A DNA stretch of 64,000 bases, taken from the NCBI GenBank assembly GCA_041908585.1, contig JAYRFB010000199.1:88-64087 (forward strand), in the 5' to 3' direction. The notes beneath the pieces were generated by a model that worked only from the letters and a program-made list of their open reading frames with translations, was not told the origin of the DNA and did not search any database. The position numbers and the translations under genes are program-made. Below are positions 21,802 to 32,500 of the stretch, in pieces; the first letter of the stretch is position 1; the number at the start of each line of letters is the position of its first letter. Source of the stretch: Candidatus Krumholzibacteriia bacterium. Lineage in GTDB: Bacteria; Krumholzibacteriota; Krumholzibacteriia; LZORAL124-64-63.

Positions 21802-23934
21802 ATGAAAAAGACTCTTCCAGATGCGCCGTCGCCGTCGGAGCGGCCCCTGCGCGTGGCGATCGCGGGCAACCCGAACAGCGGCAAGAGCTCCCTCTTCAAT
21901 GCCCTGACCGGCGGGCGCCAGCGCGTCGGGAACTACCCCGGGGTCACGGTCGAGAAGCGGGACGGCTGGTATGTGCAGGCCGGTCGCGAGGTGCGGGTGC
22001 GGGACCTGCCCGGCACCTACAGCCTGGCCTCGCAGTCGGCAGAGGAGAGGCTGGCCCGTGAGGACCTGATCCACGGTCGCCATGACGTGGTGGTCGTGGT
22101 CGTCGACACGCTGGTGCTGCAGCGCGGGCTGCTGCTGCTGCTGCAGGTGGTCCAGCTGGGAGCGCGCACCGTGCTCTGCCTGAACATGGCCGACGAGGCG
22201 TTGCGGGCCGGGCTGCGGCTGGACCTCGAGCGGCTGGGCGGGCTGCTCGGCATGCCGGTGGTGACCACCGTCGCGCACCGCGGCGAGGGCATCGCCGAGC
22301 TGCGCGCCGCCCTCGAGGCGGCAGCCGGGGGCACCGCCGCCGACCCGACGATGGCGATCGGCGGCCCGGCGGCGCCGGCGCTGGCGGCGCTCGCGGCGCA
22401 GCTGGCGGCCGGCGGGCTCGGCGACGGCGGGCCCGCCTGGCTGGCGACGCGCCTGCTGGCGGGGGACCAGGCAGTCCAGGACCTGCTGCTGGGACGGGGC
22501 GAGGCGGGCGCGGCGGCCGTGGCCCGGGCGACGGACCTGCGGCGCGAGCTGGAGCGGGAGACCGGCCACGACATCGGGCTGGTCGTGAGCAACGGCTACG
22601 CCACGGCGGTGACCTCGCTGCTGCGCACGTGCGTGCTGGCGGGCGCGCGGCCGGACACCCATGCGACGACGCGCCGCATCGACCGCGTGCTGGCGCACCG
22701 GGCCTGGGGCCTGCCCCTGTTCCTGCTGGTGATGTACGCCATCTTCTGGGTGACCTTCACCGTCGGCGCCATCCCGATGGGCTGGGTCGAGGCGGGCGTG
22801 GGCGCGTTGACGGAGACGATCGGCGGCGCCTGGCCCGAGGCCTCGGCTCCCGTGCTGCGCTCGCTGGTGCTGGACGGGATCATCGCCGGCGTGGGCGGCG
22901 TCATCGTCTTCCTGCCCAACATCATCCTGCTGTTCCTGGGCCTCTCCTTCCTGGAGGACACGGGCTACCTGGCGCGGGCCGCGTTCCTGCTGGACCGCCT
23001 GCTGCACCGGTTCGGCCTGCACGGCAAGTCGTTCGTGCCGCTGCTGACCGGCTTCGGCTGTTCCATCCCCGGGGTGATGGCCACGCGCACGCTGGACAAC
23101 GAGCGCGACCGCCTGGCAACGATGCTCGTGCTGCCTCTGATGTCGTGCGGCGCCCGCCTGCCCATCTGGATGCTGCTGATCCCCGCCTTCTTCCCGCCGG
23201 CGTGGCACGCGCCGGTGCTGTGGCTGATCTACTTCGGCGGCGTCGCCCTGGCGCTGCTGCTGGCCTGGCTGCTGCGGCGCACGCTGCTGGCCGGTGAACC
23301 CACGCCGTTCGTGCTGGAGCTGCCGCCGTACCGGTTGCCGACATTGAAGGCCGTCGGGCAGCGCATGTGGGAGCGCTCGGCGGTCTACCTGCGCAAGGCC
23401 GGCACCGTCATCCTGGTCATTTCGATCCTGCTGTGGGCCCTAACGGTCTGGCCGCGACCTGCCGAATACAGGGTGGACCGGGAACTGGCCGCCGGCCACG
23501 TCTACACCGGGGAGCAGGTGGCGGGGCTGCGCGCCGCCGAGGACCTGCGGGCCTCGCTGGCCGGGCGGATCGGCGTGGCGCTGGAGCCCGTGTTCCGACC
23601 GCTGGGCTTCGACTGGCGCATCGTGACCGCCTCGCTGGGGGCGTTCGCCGCGAAGGAGGTCTTCGTCGCGCAGATGGGGATCGTCTACGCGCTGGGCGAG
23701 GTCGACGAGGGCAGCACCGCCCTGCGCGAGACGCTTCGCCGCGACTACCCGCCCCTGGTGGGCGTGTCGCTGATCCTGTTCCTGCTGATCGGGACGCCGT
23801 GCATGGCCACCGCCGCGGTGGTCAGGCGCGAGTCCGGGAGCTGGAAGTGGGCTGCCGTGCAGTTCGGCGGCCTGACCGCGATCGCCTGGCTGGCGGGGTT
23901 CGCGGTGCATTCGCTGGGGAGCCTGGTCGCCTGA
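21802..23934 (+). CDS. feoB: Ferrous iron transporter FeoB
   Basis: N-terminal G-domain VAIAGNPNSGKSSLFNALTG...GNYPGVTVEK, followed by the polytopic FeoB membrane domain (GIIAGVGGVIVFLPNIILLF). Confidence 0.92.
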   Translation: MKKTLPDAPSPSERPLRVAIAGNPNSGKSSLFNALTGGRQRVGNYPGVTVEKRDGWYVQAGREVRVRDLPGTYSLASQSAEERLAREDLIHGRHDVVVVVVDTLVLQRGLLLLLQVVQLGARTVLCLNMADEALRAGLRLDLERLGGLLGMPVVTTVAHRGEGIAELRAALEAAAGGTAADPTMAIGGPAAPALAALAAQLAAGGLGDGGPAWLATRLLAGDQAVQDLLLGRGEAGAAAVARATDLRRELERETGHDIGLVVSNGYATAVTSLLRTCVLAGARPDTHATTRRIDRVLAHRAWGLPLFLLVMYAIFWVTFTVGAIPMGWVEAGVGALTETIGGAWPEASAPVLRSLVLDGIIAGVGGVIVFLPNIILLFLGLSFLEDTGYLARAAFLLDRLLHRFGLHGKSFVPLLTGFGCSIPGVMATRTLDNERDRLATMLVLPLMSCGARLPIWMLLIPAFFPPAWHAPVLWLIYFGGVALALLLAWLLRRTLLAGEPTPFVLELPPYRLPTLKAVGQRMWERSAVYLRKAGTVILVISILLWALTVWPRPAEYRVDRELAAGHVYTGEQVAGLRAAEDLRASLAGRIGVALEPVFRPLGFDWRIVTASLGAFAAKEVFVAQMGIVYALGEVDEGSTALRETLRRDYPPLVGVSLILFLLIGTPCMATAAVVRRESGSWKWAAVQFGGLTAIAWLAGFAVHSLGSLVA

Positions 23935-23977
23935 GGGCCAGGGGACGTTCAACCGGTTCGACACGGGAGGGCTGGCA

Positions 23978-24787
23978 ATGTTCAAGCGCATGCGCATCAT
24001 CGTCGTGCTCGTGGTGGCGGTCACGTTCGGCGGTGCAGCAGCGACCGTGCGCGCCGCCGACACGCTCGAGACCTGGGACGCGGGCAGCGGCAACATCGAC
24101 TTCTACCTGACGATGGACGGCATGGGACGCAGCCTCGAGGAGCAGGGCGTGGCCGGCGACATGCTGCTGGGCTGGGGCGTGGCCGACCGCTTCTCCACGT
24201 ACCTGTCGGTGGCGCTGGCGGCCGACGGCACGCTGGCCGACGGCGACGCGGCCCTGGGCGTCGGCCTGTTCGGGACGCCGCTCGACACCGACCACGTCGA
24301 CCTGGACCTGGTGCTGGACCTGTGCGCCGGCGGCAGCGGGCTGCACGACCTGTGCGTGGGGCCGGCGCTCGAGCTGAACCTCGACGCGTCGCCCGACCTG
24401 TCGACCTGGGGCGCGTACGCGCGCGCGGGCCTGGCCATCTCCGGGCGCGAGGTCGGACAGGAGGGCGCCAAGCTCGGCGGCTCGGGCGGGCGGGTTGCCG
24501 ACCGCGTGCTGACCGTCGGCGCGTACCGTGCGCTCGGCGCGCGCAGCCAGCTGCTGCTCGAGTACGACCTGACCTGGCTCGACGAACCGGAAGCCGGCGC
24601 CCCGACTGTCGAGCGCGGCGGCCTGGCGCTGGGTCTCAACCGGATGCTCGGCGAGAACCTCGAGCTGATCACGCAGGGCACGTGGGACGTGCCGCAGGCC
24701 GGCCAGGACGGTGCGCTCGGCTTCACGATCGGCTTCATCGCCGGGCTGCCCGGGGGTGGCGCAACGGCGCTGCGCGACTTACCTTGA
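23978..24787 (+). CDS. Secreted protein, putative outer-membrane beta-barrel
   Basis: GGGAGGG RBS. Signal peptide MFKRMRIIVVLVVAVTFGGAAATVRA. Repeated amphipathic beta-strand-like segments occur, e.g. LLLEYDLTWLD, GGLALGLNRML and GALGFTIGFIAGL. Confidence 0.55.
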   Translation: MFKRMRIIVVLVVAVTFGGAAATVRAADTLETWDAGSGNIDFYLTMDGMGRSLEEQGVAGDMLLGWGVADRFSTYLSVALAADGTLADGDAALGVGLFGTPLDTDHVDLDLVLDLCAGGSGLHDLCVGPALELNLDASPDLSTWGAYARAGLAISGREVGQEGAKLGGSGGRVADRVLTVGAYRALGARSQLLLEYDLTWLDEPEAGAPTVERGGLALGLNRMLGENLELITQGTWDVPQAGQDGALGFTIGFIAGLPGGGATALRDLP

Positions 24788-24861
24788 CCTCAAACAGGAC
24801 AAAGTTGTCCAGTTATTGAGCGGGGGTTTTCATCCCCCGGGGTCAGCCGGGAGGCCGCGCC

Positions 24862-26103
24862 ATGAGCGAGTTGATCCACGACCAGCAGCGCCGGATGGCC
24901 CTGCTCAAGCACATGATCCTGCAGCTGCACGGGGGCGAGGCGCCGGACGCCGTTCGCCCACAGTTGATCCGCCTGCTCGGCCGCGTGCCCTATGACGAGG
25001 TGGTGGCCGTCGAGCAGGAGCTCATCGGCGAGGGCATGCCCACCGAGGAGATCCTCAAGTTCTGCGACCTGCACAAACTGGCGTTGAACCCGAGCCTGCT
25101 GCCGGACGAGGAGCGGCCGGTGCCGGCGGGGCATCCCGTCGACGTCATGCGCGCCGAGAACCGGGCGCTGGGCTGGGAACTGGATGCGGTGCGCGCGTTG
25201 TTCGACCAGGTCGCGGCGCCGGACGCGGAGGCCGACGCCACCGAACTGCTTCACGACCTGCGCGTGCGCTTCAATGCGCTGATGGACGTGGAGAAGCACT
25301 ACCTGCGCAAGGAGCACCTGCTGTTCCCGTTCCTGGAGAAGCGCGGGATCACCGGGCCGCCGACCGTGATGTGGGGCAAGCACGACGAGGCGCGGGCGCT
25401 GCTCAAGGGCGCCGTCGAGACCCTGGCCGCGGCCGCGGGAGCGACGGCCGGCGAAGCGAGGGCGCTGGTCCCGCTCGTGCTCCAGCCGGCGGTCGAGGCC
25501 ATCGCCGGCATGATCGACAAGGAACAGCAGATCCTGCTGCCGATGTGCCTGGACGCGCTGGACGAGGCCGAGTGGGGCGCGATCGCCGACGGCAGCGGCG
25601 ACCTGGGTTATTGTCTGGTCGTGCCCGAGGCGAGCTGGCGACCGGCGGGCGCCGCGCCGGTGGCCGCGACCGGCGACGGCCGCGTGCGCCTGCCGTCCGG
25701 GTCGTTCACGCCGGCGCAGCTGCAGGCCGTGCTGAACACCATTCCCTTCGACATCACGTTCGTGGATGCGGACGACACCGTGCGCTACTTCAGCGAGGGA
25801 CGCGAGCGCATCTTCGCCCGCACGCGCGCGATCATCGGCCGCAAGGTCGAGTACTGCCACCCGCCCAAGAGCGTGGCCATCGTCCAGAAGATCCTCTCGG
25901 ACTTCCGCGAGGGCCGCGAGACGCACGCCCAGTTCTGGATCGAGCTGGGCGGGAAGTTCCTCTGCATCGAGTACTTCGCGCTGCACGACGAGGCCGGGGA
26001 GTTCCTGGGCACGCTCGAGGTCAGCCAGGACCTGACCGCCAAGCGCGCGCTGAGCGGCCAGCAGCGGCTGCTCAACTACGTCCAGGAGGGCGGCCATGAG
26101 TGA
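24862..26103 (+). CDS. DUF438 / hemerythrin-like / PAS domain protein
   Basis: The N-terminus KHMILQLHGGEAPDAVRPQLIRLLGRVPYDEVVAVEQELIGEGM is DUF438-like. HHE-type helices follow (HYLRKEHLLFPFLEK). The C-terminal PAS-like region is FVDADDTVRYFSEG...KVEYCHPPKS. Confidence 0.75.
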   Translation: MSELIHDQQRRMALLKHMILQLHGGEAPDAVRPQLIRLLGRVPYDEVVAVEQELIGEGMPTEEILKFCDLHKLALNPSLLPDEERPVPAGHPVDVMRAENRALGWELDAVRALFDQVAAPDAEADATELLHDLRVRFNALMDVEKHYLRKEHLLFPFLEKRGITGPPTVMWGKHDEARALLKGAVETLAAAAGATAGEARALVPLVLQPAVEAIAGMIDKEQQILLPMCLDALDEAEWGAIADGSGDLGYCLVVPEASWRPAGAAPVAATGDGRVRLPSGSFTPAQLQAVLNTIPFDITFVDADDTVRYFSEGRERIFARTRAIIGRKVEYCHPPKSVAIVQKILSDFREGRETHAQFWIELGGKFLCIEYFALHDEAGEFLGTLEVSQDLTAKRALSGQQRLLNYVQEGGHE

Positions 26104-26632
26104 GCGGCCGGCGATCACGCCGCAGATGAAGGTGGGCCAGCTCCTGGACGCGTACCCGGAGCTGGAGGAGGCGCTCATCGCCATCGCGCCGGAGTTCGCG
26201 CGCCTGCGCAACCCGGTGCTGCGCAGGACCGTGGCGCGGGTGACGTCGCTGCAGCAGGCGGCGCAGGTGGGGGGCGTCCCGCTGGGAGAGCTGATCACGC
26301 GCCTGCGGGAGACGGCCGGGGTCGAGGAGGCCTACGTCGCCGGTGGTGAGGCCGCGGAAGCGTCGGGAACCGGGACCGGCGAGCGCCCCGACTGGCTCCA
26401 CGGCGTGGCCGTCGTCTCGCGCGATGATGCGCGCGCCGATATCGCCGCCGGCGAGCACCCGCTGCCGCGGGTGATGGCGGCCGTGGGCGCGCTCAAGGCG
26501 GGCCAGGCGCACCTGCTGGTGACGCCGTTCGTGCCGGCGCCGCTGCTGGACAAGGCGAGGGCGATGGGCCTGCAGGTGTGGACCGAACAGGCCGGGCCGC
26601 AGGAGTTCCGCAACCTGATCGCGCGGGTCTAG
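26096..26632 (+). CDS. DUF1858-DUF2249 two-domain protein
   Basis: It overlaps the upstream gene by 8 nt. TPQMKVGQLLDAYPELEEALIAIAPEFARLRNPVLRRTVARVTSL is DUF1858-like. The C-terminus HPLPRVMAAVGALKAGQAHLLVTPFVPAPLL is DUF2249-like. Confidence 0.7.
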   Translation: MSERPAITPQMKVGQLLDAYPELEEALIAIAPEFARLRNPVLRRTVARVTSLQQAAQVGGVPLGELITRLRETAGVEEAYVAGGEAAEASGTGTGERPDWLHGVAVVSRDDARADIAAGEHPLPRVMAAVGALKAGQAHLLVTPFVPAPLLDKARAMGLQVWTEQAGPQEFRNLIARV

Positions 26633-26765
26633 CCTGGATCATTCGGGATGGACCGGCCGCACGGACGCGCGCGATTGGAACTACCTCGACAGCCCTTCCG
26701 TTGCTACCATTCCCTGCCGGGCGACTTTCGCGCCCCGGACGAACCGGACCGGCAGGTGGGACCGC

Positions 26766-28232
26766 ATGTCATCCCGAATCGCGACCTTCACTGCGCGCGG
26801 CAGCCTGCTGTTGCCGGCGCTCCTGCTCGCCGGCTGCGCCGCGGCCCCGCCGCGCGTCGGCGGCGTCGCCGGCGTGGCGCCCGGCCCGGGCCGGCCGTGG
26901 GAGCCGCCCGCCACTGCCGTCGCCCCGCCGGCGCCGGCGCCGGCGGGCCTGGACCCCGACACGATCCCCGGCCGCCTGGCCGCGCTGACCCTCGCCGAGG
27001 TTGTCGACATCGCCCTGGCCAACAGCCCGGCCACGCGCGCGGCCTGGGCCGACGCGAAGGCCGCCGCAGCCGGCTACGGCGCGGCGCGCGGCGACCGCCT
27101 GCCGGAGGTCGACGGGACCGCGGGCGTCTCGCGCGGCAACGGCAACGGATCCGGCGACTGGGAGACGACGTACGGTCCGGGCGCCAGCCTCTCGTGGCGC
27201 CTGCTCGACTTCGGCGGCCGCGGCGATCGCGTGGAGGCCGCGCGGCAGGTGCTGCTCGCGGCCGACTGGACGCACAACGCCGTGATCCAGGACGCGATCC
27301 TCGGGGCCGGGACGGCCTTCTACCGCCACGCCGGGGCGCGGGCCATCCTCGAGGCGAACCGCGCCTCGTACGCCGAGGCCGAGAGCAGCGTCGTTGCCGC
27401 CGAGACGCGCCACGAGGTGGGCCTGGCCACCATCGCCGACGTGCTGCAGGCGCGCACGGCGCGGGCGCAGGCGCGCCTCGCGGTGCACGACGTCGAGGGC
27501 CAGGTGCGCGTGACGAAGGGCGCGCTCGCGGTGGCGATGGGGCTGCCCGCCGACACGCCCTGCGACGTGGCGATCGGCGTGCCGGAGATCCCGCTCGACG
27601 ACGTGGCGCACGACGTCGAGGAGCTCATCGCGCGCGCGGTCGCCTCGCGGCCGGACCTGCAGGCGGCGCAGGCGCGCGCGCAGGCGGCGCTGGCGCGGGC
27701 CGACGCCGCGCGCTCGGACCTGCTGCCGTGGCTTTCGGTGTCGGGCTCGGCGGGCCGGACCTGGACCGGGGGCGAGGACGGCTACCGCGACCGCGGCACC
27801 GGCTCGCTCGTGTTGAACCTGCCGCTGTTCGGCGGCTTCTCCGGCCGGCATGACCTGGCGCGCGCGCGCGCCGAGGCCGAGGCCGCCGCCGAGCGCGCCC
27901 GCGGCCTGCGCCAGCAGGTCGTCTACGAGGTCTTCGTCTCGCACAGCGACTTCCTGACCGCCACCGAGCGCGTGCGCACGGTGGGAGAGCTGCTGGCCAG
28001 CGCCACCCGCTCGGGGGAAGTGGCCGCCGGCCGCTACCGCGAGGGCGTGGGCGACATCCTCGACCTGCTCTCGGCGCAGCGCGCGCTGGCCGAGGCGAGG
28101 GCGCAGGACGTGAACGCGCGGCTCGGCTGGTTCATCGCCCTGGCGCAGCTGGCGCGCGACGCCGGCGTGCTCGGGCTGCACGGCGACAATCCCCTGGCCC
28201 CCGGCAACCTGCACCCCGAGGTCGAACGATGA
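26766..28232 (+). CDS. TolC/OprM-family outer-membrane efflux lipoprotein
   Basis: Lipobox LLPALLLAGCAAAP. Two OEP repeats are present, with LTLAEVVDIALANSPATRAA and DILDLLSAQRALAEARAQ. Confidence 0.85.
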   Translation: MSSRIATFTARGSLLLPALLLAGCAAAPPRVGGVAGVAPGPGRPWEPPATAVAPPAPAPAGLDPDTIPGRLAALTLAEVVDIALANSPATRAAWADAKAAAAGYGAARGDRLPEVDGTAGVSRGNGNGSGDWETTYGPGASLSWRLLDFGGRGDRVEAARQVLLAADWTHNAVIQDAILGAGTAFYRHAGARAILEANRASYAEAESSVVAAETRHEVGLATIADVLQARTARAQARLAVHDVEGQVRVTKGALAVAMGLPADTPCDVAIGVPEIPLDDVAHDVEELIARAVASRPDLQAAQARAQAALARADAARSDLLPWLSVSGSAGRTWTGGEDGYRDRGTGSLVLNLPLFGGFSGRHDLARARAEAEAAAERARGLRQQVVYEVFVSHSDFLTATERVRTVGELLASATRSGEVAAGRYREGVGDILDLLSAQRALAEARAQDVNARLGWFIALAQLARDAGVLGLHGDNPLAPGNLHPEVER

Positions 28233-29509
28233 AGTGGCGCAAGCGTGGGCGCGTGATCACGGCGGCGGCGGCGGTGCTGGCGGTCGTCGTGGTGGTCGGT
28301 GCGGCGGGACCGGGTGGCGAGGCCGGCAAGGCGGGCGGGGCCGCCCAGCCGTCGGTCGGCGACAAGGGTGCAGCCGGCGACAAGCCCGCCGCCGCGGAGA
28401 AGCCCGGCACCGGGAAGCCCGCTGCCGGCGGTCGCGGCGGCCCGGCGCCGGTGGTCACCGCGCCGGTGAAGGTGCAGCCGATGCCGGTGCTGGCGGCGGC
28501 AGTCGGCACGGTCGAGCCCATCGAGTCGGTATCGGTGCGCCCGCAGGTCGGCGGCGTCGTCACCGAGGTCGCGTTCACCGAGGGCCAGGACGTGCGCGCG
28601 GGCCAGGTGCTGTACCGGCTCGACGCGCGGCCGCTGCAGGCGGCGCTCGACGCGGCGCAGGCGCAGCTGGCGCGCGACCAGGCGCAGGCGGCCAATGCGC
28701 GCGCGCAGGCCGAGCGCTACGCGCGGCTGGTGGAGAAGGACTACGTCACCCGAGAGCAGGCCGACGCCGCCGGCACGCAGGCGGCGGTCTACGCCGCGGC
28801 CGTCGCCGCCGACGAGGCGGCCGTGCGGCAGGCGAAGCTGAACCTGGCCTACGCGACCGTCACGTCGCCGGTCGCCGGGCGCGCGGGCGCCGCGCTCGTG
28901 AAGAAGGGCAACGTCGTGGCCGCGGGGGGCGGCCCGCTCGTGGTGGTCAACCAGCTGGACCCGATCCGCGTGGCCTTCGCGCTGCCGGGCGGGCGCCTGG
29001 GCGAACTGCGCCGGCACCACGCCACCGCGCCGCTGGTCGTGCGCGCGCGGCCGTCCGGCGCGGCGGCGGGAGAGTCGGCCACCGGGAAGCTCGTGTTCAT
29101 CGACAACGCCGTCGGCGCCTCGACCGGTACCGTGGCCCTGAAGGCCGAGTTCGCCAACGCGGACCTGCAGCTGTGGCCCGGGCAGTTCGTCGACGTCGAG
29201 GTCGAGCTGGCGATCGAGCCCGCGGCCGTGACCGTGCCGGCGGCCGCCGTCGTGACCGGGCAGGCCGGCGCCTTCGTCTTCGTCGTCGACGGCGAGGGCA
29301 AGGCGCAGCGGCGGCCGGTGACCGTGCGCCGTACCATCGGCGGGCAGTCCGTGGTCGAGGGCGAGCTGGCGGACGGCGAGCCCGTCATCGTCGACGGGCA
29401 GATCCGCGTCGTGCCCGGCGCGGCCGTGCAGGTCAAGGGGCCGGGGGCCGGCGACAAGGCCGGCGCCGCGGCCGCCGGCGGCCAGGCGCCCCAGGGCGGC
29501 GGCAAATGA
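28229..29509 (+). CDS. RND efflux periplasmic adaptor (MFP)
   Basis: ATGA overlap with the upstream gene. Motifs include QVGGVVTEVAFTEGQDVRAGQVLYRLD, a coiled-coil hairpin, and LAYATVTSPVAGRAG. Confidence 0.85.
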   Translation: MKWRKRGRVITAAAAVLAVVVVVGAAGPGGEAGKAGGAAQPSVGDKGAAGDKPAAAEKPGTGKPAAGGRGGPAPVVTAPVKVQPMPVLAAAVGTVEPIESVSVRPQVGGVVTEVAFTEGQDVRAGQVLYRLDARPLQAALDAAQAQLARDQAQAANARAQAERYARLVEKDYVTREQADAAGTQAAVYAAAVAADEAAVRQAKLNLAYATVTSPVAGRAGAALVKKGNVVAAGGGPLVVVNQLDPIRVAFALPGGRLGELRRHHATAPLVVRARPSGAAAGESATGKLVFIDNAVGASTGTVALKAEFANADLQLWPGQFVDVEVELAIEPAAVTVPAAAVVTGQAGAFVFVVDGEGKAQRRPVTVRRTIGGQSVVEGELADGEPVIVDGQIRVVPGAAVQVKGPGAGDKAGAAAAGGQAPQGGGK

Positions 29510-32500
29510 ACATCTTCATCACCCGGCCGGTGATGACCACGCTGGTGATGCTGGCCATCCTCGTGGCCGGCGTCATCGGCTACCGCCAGCTGCCGGTCAG
29601 CGACCTGCCGAACGTCGACTTCCCGACGATCTCCGTCTCGGCCAGCCTGCCCGGCGCCAGCCCGGAGACGATGGCCTCGGCCGTGGCCACGCCGCTGGAG
29701 AAGCAGTTCTCGACCATCGCCGGCATCGACAACATGACGTCCAGCAGCGCGCTGGGCTCGACGAGCATCACGATCCAGTTCGCACTCGACCGCGACATCG
29801 ACGCCGCCGCGCAGGACGTGCAGGCGGCGATCGCCGACGTGGCGCGCCAGCTGCCGCGCGACATGCCGTCTCCGCCCTCGTACCGCAAGGTGAACCCGGC
29901 CGACCAGCCCATCCTCTACATCGTGCTGCGCTCGCCGACGCTGCCGCTGTCGACCGTCGACGAGTATGCCCAGACGATGGTGGCGCGCCGCATCTCGATG
30001 GTCAGCGGCGTGGCGCAGGTGCAGGTGTATGGGTCGCAGAAGTACGCCGTGCGCATCCAGGTCGACCCGGGCGAGCTGGCCTCGCGCGGGCTGGGTCTCG
30101 ACCAGGTGGTGCAGTCGATCCAGGGCGCCAACGTCAACCTGCCGACCGGCACGCTGTATGGGACCGAGCGCAACCTGACCGTCCGCGCCACCGGCCAGCT
30201 GAACACCGCCGCCGAGTACCGCCCGATCGTCGTCGCGTACCGCGACGGCGCGCCGGTACGGCTGGAGGAGCTGGGCCGCGTCGTCGACAGCGTGCAGAAC
30301 GACAAGGCCGCCAGCTGGTTCAAGGGCGAGCGCGCCATCATGCTGGCCGTGCAGCGCCAGCCCGGCACCAACACCGACGCCGTCTCGCGCGCCGTGCGGG
30401 ACCTGCTGCCCACGTTCCGCGACCAGCTGCCGGCGGCGACCGAGCTCGAGGTGATGTTCGACCGCGCCGACCCCATCCGCGAGTCGGTGCACGACGTCAA
30501 GTTGACGCTCGGCCTGACGCTGGGACTCGTGATCCTGGTCATCTTCCTGTTCCTGCGCAACCTCTCGGCCACGGTCATCCCGAGCCTGGCGCTGCCGATG
30601 TCGATCGTCGGCACGTTCCCGCTCATGGCGGTGCTCGGCTACAACCTCGACAACCTGTCCCTGATGGCGCTGACGCTGTCGGTGGGCTTCGTCGTCGACG
30701 ACGCCATCGTCATGCTCGAGAACATCTACCGGCACCTGGAGATGGGCAAGCCGCCCCTGCAGGCGGCCAAGGACGGCGCGCGCGAGGTCCGCTTCACGAT
30801 CATCTCGATGACCCTGTCGCTGGCGGCCGTGTTCATCCCGATCCTCTTCATGGGCGGGATCATGGGTCGCCTGTTCCAGTCGTTCGCCGTGGTGATCATG
30901 GTCGCCATCCTGGTCTCGGGCTTCGTCTCGCTGTCGCTGACGCCGATGATGTGCAGCCGCTTCCTGAAACCGCACGACATGCGCCGCAACCGCTTCTACG
31001 ACGCCATCGAGCGCGCCTGGGCTGTCAGCCTGGGCTTCTACGAGCGCACGCTCTCCCTGGCGATGCGCCGCAAGGGCGCCACGCTGCTGCTGTCGGCGGC
31101 GATCATGGCCGGCACGCTGGTGCTGTTCCGCGTCGTGCCGAAGGGCTTCATCCCGACCGCCGACACCGGGTTCCTGAGCGGCACCACAGAGGCGGCCGAG
31201 GGCACGGGCTTCGAGTCGATGAAGGAGCACCAGCAGGCCGCCGCGGCCGTGCTGGCCCAGGACCCGAACGTGGACGTGTTCATGTCCAGCGTCGGGGCGG
31301 GCGGGCCGACCGCTTCGGGCAACGGCGGCCGCTTCTTCGTGCGGCTGAAGCCGCGCGACGAGCGCCCCCTGGGCGCGGACGACGTCGTTGTCGCGCTGCG
31401 GCGGGAGCTGTCGAAGGTGCCGGGCCTGCGGGTGTTCCTGAACAACCCGCCCGCGATCAACATCGGCGCGCGCTTCTCGTCCGGGCTCTACCAGTTCACC
31501 ATGCAGGCCTCCGACCTGGAGGCCCTCTACGCGGCGGCGCCGCTGCTGGAAGCTCGCCTGCGCCAGGAGCCGGCGCTGCGGGACGTGAACAGCGACCTGC
31601 GCGTGAGCAACCCCGAGATCAACGTCGTCATCGACCGCGACCGCGCCGCCTCCCTGGGCGTCACGCCGCAGGTGATCGAGGAGACGCTCTACTCGGCCTT
31701 CGGCACGCGGCAGGTCACGACGATCCTGGCGCCCGACAACCAGTACAACGTGCTGCTCGAGCTGCTGCCCGAGGCGCAGCGCGACCCGACCGCGCTGGAG
31801 AAGCTCTACGTGCGGGCGACCGGCGGACAGCTCGTGCCGCTGGGAGCCGTGGCCCGGCTCGAGCCCGGCGTCGGGCCCCTCACGGTGAACCACTCGGGCC
31901 AGCTGCCGGCCGTGACCATCTCGTTCAACCTGGGCGAGGGCATTGCCTTGAGCGAGGCGGTGGAGGTCGTCAACCGCGCGGCCGCCGAGACGCTGCCCGC
32001 GGGGATCACCACCAGCTTCGCCGGCACGGCGCAGGCCTTCGCCTCCTCGCAGGCGGGCCTGCTGGCGATGCTGGTCCTCGCGATCCTGGTCATCTACATG
32101 ATCCTGGGCATCCTCTACGAGAGCTTCGTGCACCCGGTGACGATCCTCACCGGCCTGCCGTTCGCGCTCTTCGGGGCCCTGCTGACGCTGCTCGTGTTCG
32201 GGGTGCAGCTGGACATCTTCAGCTTCGTCGGCCTGATCATGCTGATCGGCGTGGTGAAGAAGAACGCGATCATGATGATCGATTTCGCCCTGGACGCGCG
32301 GCGCGAGGGACTCGGCGCCGAGGAGGCCATCGTCAAGGCCTGCAGCATCCGTTTCCGGCCGATCATGATGACCACCATGGCGGCCCTGATGGGCACGCTG
32401 CCGATCGCGCTCGGCCTGGGCGCCGGCGCCGAGGCGCGGCAGCCGCTGGGCCTGTGCGTCGTGGGCGGGCTGCTGTTCTCGCAGGTGATCACGCTGTACG

